Positions 34,164-42,501 of a DNA stretch of 59,876 nucleotides are shown here, one piece after another. Source of the stretch: an uncultured Polyangiales bacterium (GTDB taxonomy: Bacteria > Myxococcota_A > Polyangia > Polyangiales > CAYWAT01). The position numbers and the translations under genes are program-made. The stretch spans positions 23,001 through 82,876 of the forward strand of contig CAYWAT010000001.1 in the NCBI GenBank assembly GCA_964456305.1, in the 5' to 3' direction. Positions within the stretch are counted from its first letter, which is position 1, and each line of letters starts with the position of its first letter. A model generated the notes under the pieces. That model saw nothing but the letters and a program-made list of their open reading frames with translations, did no database searches and had not been told where the DNA came from.

Positions 34164-34766
34164 TTAAGGCGGGTCTTGCTCTTTTGCCTGTTCGAGCAGT
34201 ACTCGCAGTTTAGCGCGTGCACGTGCCAGACGGGAGCGTGCTGTGCCTACCGGGATGCGCTCGATATCAGCCGCTTCCTGGTAAGATAAGCCTTCGATAT
34301 CGCAGAGAATAAGCGGTACGCGAAAGCGTTTGGGCAACGCACGAATATGCAGCCAAAGCTGTGCCTGCCGTTCTCGCGCCAAAAGCTCTTGGTCGGGGAG
34401 CTTTGTATGAGAATGTTCCAGATTGGTATGTTCTCCTCGAAGGGCCTCTTCTTTGGCTTTGTGGGATCGACGTTTGCGCTCGGCATCGATGCAGGCATTG
34501 CGCGTGATACGGAAAAGCCAGGTCCTAAAGGATGAATCAAAGCGGTACGCGCGTATGGAGCGATAGGCTTTAATCAACGCTTCTTGGGCGACATCATCGG
34601 CATCGAGGGTGCTGAAGCCTTTCGCGAAGCGGCGTAGCTGCGGCAAAAACTCCCGCACCAGAGCCTCAAAGGAGGCTGTATCGCCCTCTTGCGCACGCTC
34701 GATCAGCGCAGCGATTCGCCTGTTGTTGGCTTCGTTGTCGGAGTTTTCGGGAGCCTTCCAGCCCAT
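34164..34766 (-). CDS. ECF-type RNA polymerase sigma-70 family factor
   Basis: Region 2 (ALVREFLPQLRRFAKGF..DADDVAQEALIKAYRSIRAYRFDSSFRTWLFRITRNACIDAER) and region 4 (LPKRFRVPLILCDIEGLSYQEAADIERIPVGTARSRLARARAKL). The internal ATG at 34766 is preferred to the ORF-track start at 34874. Confidence 0.85.
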   Translation of the reverse strand: MGWKAPENSDNEANNRRIAALIERAQEGDTASFEALVREFLPQLRRFAKGFSTLDADDVAQEALIKAYRSIRAYRFDSSFRTWLFRITRNACIDAERKRRSHKAKEEALRGEHTNLEHSHTKLPDQELLARERQAQLWLHIRALPKRFRVPLILCDIEGLSYQEAADIERIPVGTARSRLARARAKLRVLLEQAKEQDPP

Positions 34767-34826
34767 AGTTTTAGCGTGTGAACATAGAGCAGTTTTGCAG
34801 GTAACAAAATAAAAAAGACCGTTGCG

Positions 34827-34853
34827 GGAACCTTTCTTGATGTCGTCTCGTCT
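34827..34853 (+). promoter_or_regulatory. candidate ECF-type promoter GGAAC-N17-CGTCT
   Basis: GGAAC (34827-34831) and CGTCT (34849-34853) lie in the divergent region between the ECF sigma gene and the EF-hand lipoprotein gene, about 90 nt upstream of ATG 34944. That ATG has an AAGGA Shine-Dalgarno sequence. Motif match only. Confidence 0.3.
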
Positions 34854-34943
34854 ACCCCCTGAAGACCCGGACAAAGACTTTCAACGCAAAATCAACATCT
34901 GGGACTTAGATGAAACAAATAACGAAGACAGAAAGGATTACTC

Positions 34944-35705
34944 ATGAAGTACACAATTTCTTTTTCCCTTAGCGTTTTGCTTTTTGCTCTCGCTGCTTGC
35001 AGTTCCGAGTCTGCCGAGATCGATGCAACCACCTCGGCCCTTGTAGAGGACATGGGCGATGAAGAGGTGGGTGAAAGCGAAGCATCCAGCGCTGTGGATG
35101 ATGTGATCGATGACGCGCAGCCAGGGATGCTGTGCGACGAAGATCGAATTCGTCTGATCGCAGAGCGCCTTGTGGAAAAGCGTGAAAGCTATGTCGAAAC
35201 ACGCGAGAACCGCGGCGGCAAGGCGATGCGGAAGATGCATCGCAAAAAGGTGCGCCATAAGGTACGTCACAGCCCTGTTCGTCGAGCGATAACCCGCGTG
35301 CTTTTCTCTTACGATGCCGACGGCGAAGGACTCAGCGACGAAGAGCTTGATACCGCGGTGAGCGATATCGCTGCCTGTTGTGAATCTCGCAAAGCATTGC
35401 TGCTGGAGGCGTTTGATACCGATGATGATGGTGCTCTTGATGAAGACGAGCGTGCTGCTTTACGCGAGGATCGTCGTACCAAGCGCCAAGAACGCGTTGA
35501 AGCGCGTCGTGAAGAAATCTTGAGCAGCTATGACCTTGATGGCGATGGTGCCTTGAGCCGTGAAGAGCGCCGCGAGGCACGCCAAGCCCGCCTGGCTGAA
35601 CTGGGCATCGATCCCAGTGATGGCATTAGCGAAGATGAAAAAGCCGCCTTCCGTGCTGCTGTGCAAGAGCGTTTCGATGCCTTTTGCTCTGCCGAGACGT
35701 TCTAA
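34944..35705 (+). CDS. lipoprotein with multiple EF-hand calcium-binding loops
   Basis: Lipobox (LLFALAACSS). Three or four D-x-D-x-D-G EF-hand loops: YDADGEGLSDEELD, DTDDDGALDEDERAAL and DLDGDGALSREERREA, plus an acidic N-terminal segment. Confidence 0.7.
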   Translation: MKYTISFSLSVLLFALAACSSESAEIDATTSALVEDMGDEEVGESEASSAVDDVIDDAQPGMLCDEDRIRLIAERLVEKRESYVETRENRGGKAMRKMHRKKVRHKVRHSPVRRAITRVLFSYDADGEGLSDEELDTAVSDIAACCESRKALLLEAFDTDDDGALDEDERAALREDRRTKRQERVEARREEILSSYDLDGDGALSREERREARQARLAELGIDPSDGISEDEKAAFRAAVQERFDAFCSAETF

Positions 35706-35744
35706 GACGTAGCGTTTTTCCTTCTACCAAAGCGATAACCCAGA

Positions 35745-35786
35745 CCCTTCGGTTCCTCAGACAGAGAGCCGAGGGGTTTTATTTTT
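35745..35786 (+). terminator. rho-independent terminator of the EF-hand lipoprotein gene
   Basis: CCCTTCGG (35745-35752) pairs with CCGAGGGG (35769-35776). This gives 8 bp including one G-U pair and a 16-nt loop, followed by TTTTATTTTT. Confidence 0.5.
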
Positions 35787-36161
35787 GCCCGAGCCAGCGA
35801 AACGCGATTGCATCGGCATATCACTGATAAACAAATGCCCGGCCGGATTGAGCACGCGCGCCGCTTCTTCAATCAAACACTGCCGTTCGTCTGAATAAGG
35901 ACAAGAAGTTAAGACCACGATCAGAATCACGAGATCAAAGGTTTTATCCTCGAAAGACAATTGAGAGAGCGCTTCAATAGATCGCACGTCTGCTCGTGGG
36001 TGCTTCTGTCCTGCTTTTTCGGCGACTGCTAGCGAGGTGTCGACACCAGTCATTCGGTATCCTAGTTCCTCCAGGTCCGGTAGAGGTCTGCCGAAGCTGC
36101 ATCCAAGATCGAAGGCACACGCATCGGGTGTTGTTGCGTCGAAGCATGTCGCCGAAAGCAA
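35757..36161 (-). CDS. short class I SAM-dependent methyltransferase, possibly a truncated remnant
   Basis: Motif I AFDLGCSFG lies only about 18 aa from a TTG start, followed by MTGVDTS, FDLVILIVVL and LNPAGHLFI. The reading frame stays open for about 40 codons upstream without a usable start codon. The C-terminal 10 codons run through the terminator hairpin of the convergent gene. Confidence 0.45.
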   Translation of the reverse strand: MLSATCFDATTPDACAFDLGCSFGRPLPDLEELGYRMTGVDTSLAVAEKAGQKHPRADVRSIEALSQLSFEDKTFDLVILIVVLTSCPYSDERQCLIEEAARVLNPAGHLFISDMPMQSRFAGSGKNKTPRLSV

Positions 36162-36306
36162 GTGAGAAAAGCCAGCAGAACCTGCTTTGCTATCCCGAAA
36201 GGCGCGAAGTGCGGTGGACTGTGGAATCGATTTGCGTGTGTCGTACGTAACGGTTTTCGTCGAAAGTTAAACTAGATGTATGTGACTGAATGGGTGCTGG
36301 GTTTAT

Positions 36307-37461
36307 CTACTTTAATCGTGATTGCATTGCTTTCATCAGTTCGTCAGCAACGCGTTGCCATGTCATGCATGCAAGGACATGTTTCCTGCCCTGAGCTCCA
36401 AGTTCGTTACGCTGCTCTGGCGAAGCTAAGAGTGTTTTCAGAGCTTTGCCGAGTTCGATGTGGTTGCCGGGCTGCACAAGGACTCCGGTTTTGCCATCGA
36501 CGATTGCATCGGGCACACCGCCGGCATGTGCGCCTACCACGGCTTTGCCACAGGCACTGGCTTCGAGAAAAACCAGACCAAATCCCTCAATGTCGCTGCC
36601 TTCATTACGTGCTGGCATTACAAAAAGGTCACAAAGATTGTAGTAAGTGGGTAGTTCGTTGTGTCTGGCATCATGCACAAAGCGAACATGCGATGCGACG
36701 CCTAACGAGTGTGCAAGCTTTTTGAGAGCATCGCTTTCTGGGCCCTTGCCAACCACGAGATAACAAAGGGTAGGAAAATGGGTGATTAAGTGAGGAAGTG
36801 TTTGAAGAACGGTATCTACACCTTTACGCGCAACTAGACGACCGATGCTTAGCAAAATCAGTTTGTTTTCGAGTTTTAATCGATGTCTAAGAGTAGAGCT
36901 TGGTTGTGGACAAAAGCGTGCCGCGTCAACACCGTTGTTAATGACCTGAATGTTGTTTGTGGGTATTCCCTGTGAGTGTACTAACTTGGCGGTGTAGCGA
37001 CTTACGGGGCAAATCAACGTAGAGTGCTGTAGCGCACGATAGCGCATCGTATCGTAAACGTGCTGCGCTGCAATGAAGTGCGAAAAAGGCTGATGAATGA
37101 CTTCTTTGCCATGGGCAGCGCAAAATAAAGGCAGTTTTTGCCTACCATATTGCGCTGCTAAAGCCCCAAAGGCAGCTGACCAATGTGTAACGAAAATCGC
37201 ATCGAAATGCTGGGAGTTCAGGAGGCGGCGAAGCGATAGAATCGCCGAGAGTGCCATGCCGTCCCTTACCTGGCCCATGCGGTGGATTACAAAGGGTACC
37301 GTTGTGTCTTTCCACGTTAATGTTTTTATCTTGCTTAATCGTGGTGCTACGGCCGTGAATACCTCGCATCGTTGGGCAAGTTCGCACGCCAACTCCAGCG
37401 AATAATTTTGCATTCCACCCACATGCGGCGGAAAATTCGGCGTTATGAAAAGCAACCTCAT
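36307..37461 (-). CDS. GT4-family (group 1) glycosyltransferase
   Basis: MRLLFITPNFPPHVGGMQ at the N-terminus, GRLVARKGVD, and the E-x7-E region EGFGLVFLEASACGKAVVGAHAGGVPDAI. Confidence 0.88.
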   Translation of the reverse strand: MRLLFITPNFPPHVGGMQNYSLELACELAQRCEVFTAVAPRLSKIKTLTWKDTTVPFVIHRMGQVRDGMALSAILSLRRLLNSQHFDAIFVTHWSAAFGALAAQYGRQKLPLFCAAHGKEVIHQPFSHFIAAQHVYDTMRYRALQHSTLICPVSRYTAKLVHSQGIPTNNIQVINNGVDAARFCPQPSSTLRHRLKLENKLILLSIGRLVARKGVDTVLQTLPHLITHFPTLCYLVVGKGPESDALKKLAHSLGVASHVRFVHDARHNELPTYYNLCDLFVMPARNEGSDIEGFGLVFLEASACGKAVVGAHAGGVPDAIVDGKTGVLVQPGNHIELGKALKTLLASPEQRNELGAQGRKHVLACMTWQRVADELMKAMQSRLK

Positions 37462-37665
37462 AGAAGCAGATAGCCCTTCAGACTAAGCAACTGAAGTGCA
37501 TGCTGCAGTGGTAGTCGTGCAAGCACATTTGTAAAGTTATCCTGTTTTTGCGGCACAAAACATTTGGTGTGGACCGAGCACAGAGGTTGTGGTGCACGAT
37601 AGTGAGGGCTTTTCTCTGTCTGTGCAGACGATCGAAAGGCTGGTGTGCGAAATCCTAGAGAAGTC

Positions 37666-37692
37666 TTAAGGGCTTGTATCGACTGCTAGCAT
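37666..37692 (-). pseudogene. remnant of a VapC (PIN) toxin gene: 8 codons then stop
   Basis: One nt after the antitoxin stop (TGAAATG) an ATG opens MLAVDTSP followed by a stop. MLAVDTS is the typical N-terminus of PIN toxins and includes the first catalytic Asp. I could not follow a PIN frame further downstream (37470-37665). Confidence 0.35.
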
Positions 37693-37693
37693 T

Positions 37694-37936
37694 TCAGCGA
37701 TCACCGTAGATTTCGTGGCGTAAGTCTTGCCAAGACAGACTCTCAAGTGGGTTAGGTGCGCCTGCCTGACCCGCAGATCGATCGATGAGCCGATAGGAGG
37801 AAGACTTTTTCTCGGCAGCTTCGAGAACGTGTCGCAGGCCCTCTTCGATGAGCGCACGCAAGGGCTGTGCTGTGCGGCGCGCATGCTCTTTGGCGCGTTG
37901 TAGCAAGGGGTCAGCAATTACCACAGTCGTTTTCAT
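37694..37936 (-). CDS. VapB-like type II antitoxin (orphan)
   Basis: MKTTVVIADPLLQRAKEHARRTAQPLRALIEEGLRHVL has the ribbon-helix-helix-like N-terminus typical of VapB-family antitoxins. No intact toxin gene follows. Confidence 0.55.
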   Translation of the reverse strand: MKTTVVIADPLLQRAKEHARRTAQPLRALIEEGLRHVLEAAEKKSSSYRLIDRSAGQAGAPNPLESLSWQDLRHEIYGDR

Positions 37937-38095
37937 AAAATACACTCTAACTATAGATAGAGATGTGGCTAATCCATATTGATGGGCATAACCCTACCCT
38001 GAGTGAAACTCTTTTAGAGCTGCTGTGGCTGGTGTCAGCGTGGATCGTTTCGACTCGCTACTTCTAAATCCAGCCATCATATAAATAATAGTTGA

Positions 38096-38116
38096 TGTGC
38101 ACGATTTTCGTGTACA
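38096..38116. promoter_or_regulatory. inverted repeat TGTGCACG-N5-CGTGTACA, possible vapBC operator
   Basis: 7 of 8 positions are complementary. It lies directly upstream of the antitoxin ATG (38127) and overlaps a TTGATG -35-like hexamer. Type II TA operons are usually autoregulated at such sites. Confidence 0.3.
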
Positions 38117-38126
38117 CATTTAATGT

Positions 38127-38345
38127 ATGAAGAATGTAACTCTAAGTGTTCATGAAGGGGTACTCAAGGCAGCGCGGCAGCGGGCACAGCAAGAAGGAAA
38201 GAGCCTTAACGAGGTATTTCGTGAGTGGATTCAGGACTATGCTTGCCGAGGTCTCCATTCCAATAATTTTACAAGGCTTATGGAAGACCTGAGTTATGCC
38301 AAGTCAGGTGGAACATGGAGCCGAGACGAACGTAATGAGCGCTAA
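38127..38345 (+). CDS. vapB: ribbon-helix-helix (CopG/VapB-like) antitoxin
   Basis: 72 aa. MKNVTLSVHEGVLKAARQRAQQEGKSLNEVFREWIQDY has the RHH pattern. The gene overlaps the downstream PIN gene by 11 nt. Confidence 0.7.
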   Translation: MKNVTLSVHEGVLKAARQRAQQEGKSLNEVFREWIQDYACRGLHSNNFTRLMEDLSYAKSGGTWSRDERNER

Positions 38346-38763
38346 GCAATTCATCGATACCAACGTTTTTATTTATAGCTTCGATGAAGAGCAGCCGAAA
38401 AAACGGGCTAAAGCACTTAGCCTAATTCAGGGGGCCTTGAGTAAACGCACGGGAATTATCAGCACACAGGTTGTTCAAGAATTTCTCAATGTTGCAACAC
38501 GCAAGTTCGTCAAACCATTGCGAGAATCGGATGCCCGTCGTTACTTGCAGACAGTGCTTGCACCCCTGTGTGAGGTTTACCCAAGCATGCAGCTTTACGA
38601 AGCGGCTCTAGGCATAAGCACAGAGACTGGCTTCTCTTTTTATGATTGCCTTATCGTGGCTGCAGCCGTTAGTGCAGATTGCGATACTCTCCTGACAGAA
38701 GATCTCCAGCATGGCCGCAACATACGCGGCCTCAGTATAATCAACCCCTTTCACGACGCTTAG
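38335..38763 (+). CDS. vapC: PIN-domain ribonuclease toxin
   Basis: FIDTNVFIYSFD (first acidic residue), QVVQEFLNV (E), YDCLIVAAAV (D) and LLTEDLQHG (D). The ATG at 38335 overlaps the antitoxin stop. Confidence 0.85.
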   Translation: MSAKQFIDTNVFIYSFDEEQPKKRAKALSLIQGALSKRTGIISTQVVQEFLNVATRKFVKPLRESDARRYLQTVLAPLCEVYPSMQLYEAALGISTETGFSFYDCLIVAAAVSADCDTLLTEDLQHGRNIRGLSIINPFHDA

Positions 38764-38821
38764 ACCTTGCTTTGGAAAGTTGTATGTGGTTGAGCGATTG
38801 TGCTTGGGCAGGATGTGTGAT

Positions 38822-38974
38822 CTAAGCGTAGGATGGGATTCCTTTTCTTCGGTCGGGGAGGCTGTTTTTGTGTTTAGCTGGAGTTGTTTGTTGTTTGTCA
38901 GGTAGCGCTGAGCTGCAATTGCAAAGCACCACGTATACGCCGATAAGCAGAATGAAATGTATTATACGCGCCAT
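38822..38974 (-). CDS. possible 50-aa small lipoprotein
   Basis: My translation is MARIIHFILLIGVYVVLCNCSSALPDKQQTTPAKHKNSLPDRRKGIPSYA. It is hydrophobic with a Cys after a signal-like core. It is below the ORF-track length cut-off. Weak support. Confidence 0.2.
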   Translation of the reverse strand: MARIIHFILLIGVYVVLCNCSSALPDKQQTTPAKHKNSLPDRRKGIPSYA

Positions 38975-39054
38975 GGTATGCGACCATCCTGGCACGGTGC
39001 AGGTACATCACACTTAGTCTTTCGGTGATGTACTTTCTTCTCTAATCTAAAGGC

Positions 39055-39609
39055 CTATCGAAAGATAATACCATCGGGGTAGGTTCCGCGGATGGGGTAG
39101 TTGTTATCGGGATTGCGAATCCAGTTTAGTCCCGAGAGCAATTGCTCCAGGTCGGGGCGCACAAAGGGGTTGTTGGAGATGTCGATCACATGCACGTTGC
39201 CCTCTTCGTTAACGACGATGAGGCCAGGCTCGGCGAAGGGGCGGTCGGTTTCTTGTTCTGACCGCGGGTGCGAGATGTAAAGTCCAAGGGACTGCATCTG
39301 AGCAATACTCAAGTCGTAACCCACCTCGACATTCATCTCCAACTGGCCTGCCGCATGCGCCTGTGCTTTTTCCTGCGTGTCGGCGGAAACCACAACCACA
39401 TCCACGCCGGCCTCCGAAAATTGTGACGCGAGCCCTTTGAGCTGCTTGAGATACTTGGTGCAGAGAGGACAGTGCTTGCCGCGATACACGATGATCGCTT
39501 GCCATTCTTTGCCTGCGCGCGGGCTGCCAAGCTCGAGCGTATTGCCACTGAGGCAAGGCACTGTGGTTTTGGGAAAAGCCTCTGCGGCGTTTAACTTATG
39601 TGAGCTCAT
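39055..39609 (-). CDS. AhpC/TSA (redoxin) family thiol peroxidase-like protein
   Basis: Thioredoxin-fold pattern with a CPLC motif (YRGKHCPLCTKYL) and VDVVVVSAD. It is divergent from an AraC regulator gene. Confidence 0.75.
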   Translation of the reverse strand: MSSHKLNAAEAFPKTTVPCLSGNTLELGSPRAGKEWQAIIVYRGKHCPLCTKYLKQLKGLASQFSEAGVDVVVVSADTQEKAQAHAAGQLEMNVEVGYDLSIAQMQSLGLYISHPRSEQETDRPFAEPGLIVVNEEGNVHVIDISNNPFVRPDLEQLLSGLNWIRNPDNNYPIRGTYPDGIIFR

Positions 39610-39829
39610 TTTTTCTCCATGGAGCAGGGGGGGCGTGATTCGCCTGTCGTTGCAACCCTGTCACCGTTCTGGTGAATTCAGTCGCTCAAGGCAAGGAACT
39701 ACCTGCGACGCTAAGGCGTCTCTTCAAACTCTGTTTCTCGCATTTCTCTTACGTGCTCCAAGAAGAGCGTGAAAAGGGTTGATTAGTCGTTGATGAAATC
39801 CCTTTTATCGGGTTCAACTTCAACTAAGA

Positions 39830-40720
39830 GTGAGCGTGCGATATCAAGATCTCTATCCTTCAGAGCCTTTGCTCAATAGTGATACCTTTGCCCGTGCGTC
39901 GGCTTTGGCGTTGCTCACCTTGGAGTATTTCGAGGCTTCGTCTGGAGCGATGCCTGCGGAGGTATTTCACCAGCATCACGTCTTGCTGAACTTGCGAGAG
40001 GAACCACAGCGGGTCGAAAATTGGCGAGATGGCAACCATCGTGACTTTACCTTTCGTAAGGATGATGTGGTTGTTACTCCGGCGGGGGTCCGTTCGGGGT
40101 GGCGTTGGCATGGTCAGTCAAAAGTAATCGTTGTCACGTTGCTTCCCGAGCAACTCGAGTGCTTTGCTCAGCGCGAAATGGGCACACTGCTGACAAGGCA
40201 ACAGCTCCAGGATGTACCCACCTTTACCGATCCCGACTTGTGTTGGATGGGACGAACATTGCGCGACGCTTTAGCCCTTGCCGAAAGGGGTTCCGAAGTT
40301 TTGTTTGAGGCGATGGCGCGGGCCTTCTTGGTGAAACTGATTCAGCGTTATGGCGAACAGTCCTCAGAGGCCCTTGTCTTTTCCAGTGCGTTCAACGCCA
40401 AACAATACCAACGTGTTTTATCTTATGTTGCCCAGCATTACGGTGAGACCTTCGGGGTCGATCACATGGCCCAGGTTGCCGGACTAAGTCCGTCGCATTT
40501 CTCCCGCGTCTTTAAGTGCGTGGTTGGTGAAAGCCCGATGCGCTTTGTGATGCGTTATCGCATTGATGAAGCCAAGCGACGACTTGCGATGCTCGAGCTT
40601 TCGTTGAGCCGGATTGCCACGGACTGTGGTTTTGCTGACCAGGCTCACCTCAGCCGGTTGTTCAAACAAGTCACAGGGACGACGCCGAGTGCTTACCGCG
40701 CAAGCTTGCAATCCGACTAG
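39830..40720 (+). CDS. AraC-family transcriptional regulator (cupin N-domain)
   Basis: The C-terminal double HTH has GLSPSHFSRVFKCVVGESPMRFV and CGFADQAHLSRLFKQVTGTTPSAYR. GTG start. Confidence 0.88.
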   Translation: MSVRYQDLYPSEPLLNSDTFARASALALLTLEYFEASSGAMPAEVFHQHHVLLNLREEPQRVENWRDGNHRDFTFRKDDVVVTPAGVRSGWRWHGQSKVIVVTLLPEQLECFAQREMGTLLTRQQLQDVPTFTDPDLCWMGRTLRDALALAERGSEVLFEAMARAFLVKLIQRYGEQSSEALVFSSAFNAKQYQRVLSYVAQHYGETFGVDHMAQVAGLSPSHFSRVFKCVVGESPMRFVMRYRIDEAKRRLAMLELSLSRIATDCGFADQAHLSRLFKQVTGTTPSAYRASLQSD

Positions 40721-40854
40721 AGATCTTTTTAGAGCGCGACATGGCGCAGGATGATCCAAAATTCGCGCAGTTCTATTCAATACCGCAGACCGGTATGAGC
40801 ATAGGTTGAGTAAAATAAGAATACAGTCGCGGTGAGGCAAGAGGAGGCACAACC

Positions 40855-41778
40855 ATGACCATCGAACGCATTAACCTTCAAAACACACCTACCGTCGAGA
40901 GCGTCGATCATGAGGACGTCGTCTTCAGGCGACAGGACTTTACATTACAAGGACGACTCTACCGTCCTGCGAAGCGTGCGGAAAGGCTGCCCGGTGTGGT
41001 TGTTGCGGGAGCATGGACCACTGTAAAAGAGCAGATGGCTGGGACCTATGCCAGAGCGCTTGCCCAGCAGGGGTTCGCAGCTCTGGCCTTTGATTTCACC
41101 GGATGGGGGGCATCCGATGGGGAACCGCGTTATGTCGAAAACCCTGCAGTCAAAACCGCGGATATCGCTGCTGCGGTGGACTTTCTTGCGCGTCGCGATG
41201 ACATCGACCGTGAACGAATCTTCGGGTTGGGGATTTGTGCCTCGTCCGGATACATGGCTGCAGTTGCTGCTGATAACCCAATGATGATGCGGCTCGCCCT
41301 CGTCGCCCCTTGGCTTCACGACCCAAGAATGGCCGAAGCAACCTACGGCGGGCCAGAGCAGGTGAAGACGCTTATCGAGCTTGGAAGAGATTCGCAGCGG
41401 GCTAACGATGCACAGGTCATTGTGGCTGCCAGTACAAAGGATGAGCGCGCGCTGATGTTTCAAGCTCCGTACTACACTGAAGCCGATCGTGGCCTAATAG
41501 CCGAGTACGATAACAGGTTTAGTGTTTCCTCGTGGGAGCCGTGGCTGACCTACGACGCACAGGCTGTGGCCGACCGTCTCTTGGTGCCGACGCTCATCGT
41601 GTGTTCCGAGTCTGCTGCCCTTCCTGCAGGTGCGCATGCCTTTGCAAAGCGCACGAAGGCGCCCGCGACCGAGCTGTGGTTGGATGATGTCAGCCAGTTC
41701 GACTTTTATGATCGGGCAGATGTTGTGACAACATCGATAGCCGCTGTGGTCGATCATTTTGAAGGGCGTGCGCAATGA
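40855..41778 (+). CDS. alpha/beta-fold hydrolase
   Basis: Oxyanion region (VVVAGAWTTVKEQ), a nucleophile-elbow-like GLGICASSGY and a C-terminal His region (SQFDFYD). The architecture resembles a dienelactone-hydrolase/DUF-type esterase. The substrate is unknown. Confidence 0.65.
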   Translation: MTIERINLQNTPTVESVDHEDVVFRRQDFTLQGRLYRPAKRAERLPGVVVAGAWTTVKEQMAGTYARALAQQGFAALAFDFTGWGASDGEPRYVENPAVKTADIAAAVDFLARRDDIDRERIFGLGICASSGYMAAVAADNPMMMRLALVAPWLHDPRMAEATYGGPEQVKTLIELGRDSQRANDAQVIVAASTKDERALMFQAPYYTEADRGLIAEYDNRFSVSSWEPWLTYDAQAVADRLLVPTLIVCSESAALPAGAHAFAKRTKAPATELWLDDVSQFDFYDRADVVTTSIAAVVDHFEGRAQ

Positions 41779-41831
41779 GGCACGGCCACATGACTGTTGG
41801 TTGAGTCTTTGGTGTGCCGGTGAATTCTGGG

Positions 41832-41905
<74 letters not shown>

Positions 41906-41998
41906 AAAAGATGTGTGCGGCTTAAGGCAAGATGGAGCTTGCTTCAACTGCCTAGCTGTCGAATGATGACGTGGATGGACCCAGGCTGAGCTTAGGGT

Positions 41999-42385
41999 TT
42001 AGAGTTCGTCGCTTTGATCTTCGACATCGAACTCGTCTTCAAGCGATGCTTCATCGTCGTCATCCACATCGCCCTCGTCGTCCACATCGTCTTCGTCATC
42101 ACCATCATAGGCAGGGTATTTGAGGTCGATGCCTGCCTCGGCCAATTGGGCTTCGAGGAGCTCAAAGAGTTCATCCGCGTCTTCTCCCGACCATTCATCG
42201 AGGATTTCGCCTAAGAAGTCGTGAAAGTCTGCATTATCAATACGGCGTTCGATTTCTTCGATCTGCTCGTCGGAAAATGCCTCAGTGATATCTTCGCGTA
42301 ATGTTTCGTAGTCTTCTTCGCTCACCGCATCGCTAGATGACAATCGGATTTGTCGGAGCGCGCGTTTGTCGAGATAGATTTCCAT
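41999..42385 (-). CDS. highly acidic hypothetical protein
   Basis: 128 aa. The C-terminal third is almost entirely Asp/Glu (DGDDEDDVDDEGDVDDDDEASLEDEFDVEDQSDEL). No family recognised. Confidence 0.5.
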   Translation of the reverse strand: MEIYLDKRALRQIRLSSSDAVSEEDYETLREDITEAFSDEQIEEIERRIDNADFHDFLGEILDEWSGEDADELFELLEAQLAEAGIDLKYPAYDGDDEDDVDDEGDVDDDDEASLEDEFDVEDQSDEL

Positions 42386-42501
42386 GCCTAATCAGCCTAC
42401 CTATATGAGAATCTTGAGTCGTATTAAGGGGTGTCTTGACGTATTGTCAATAACATCCATCAAAATGGACTCATAATGCAAATATTTCACGCGATCGTCG
42501 G

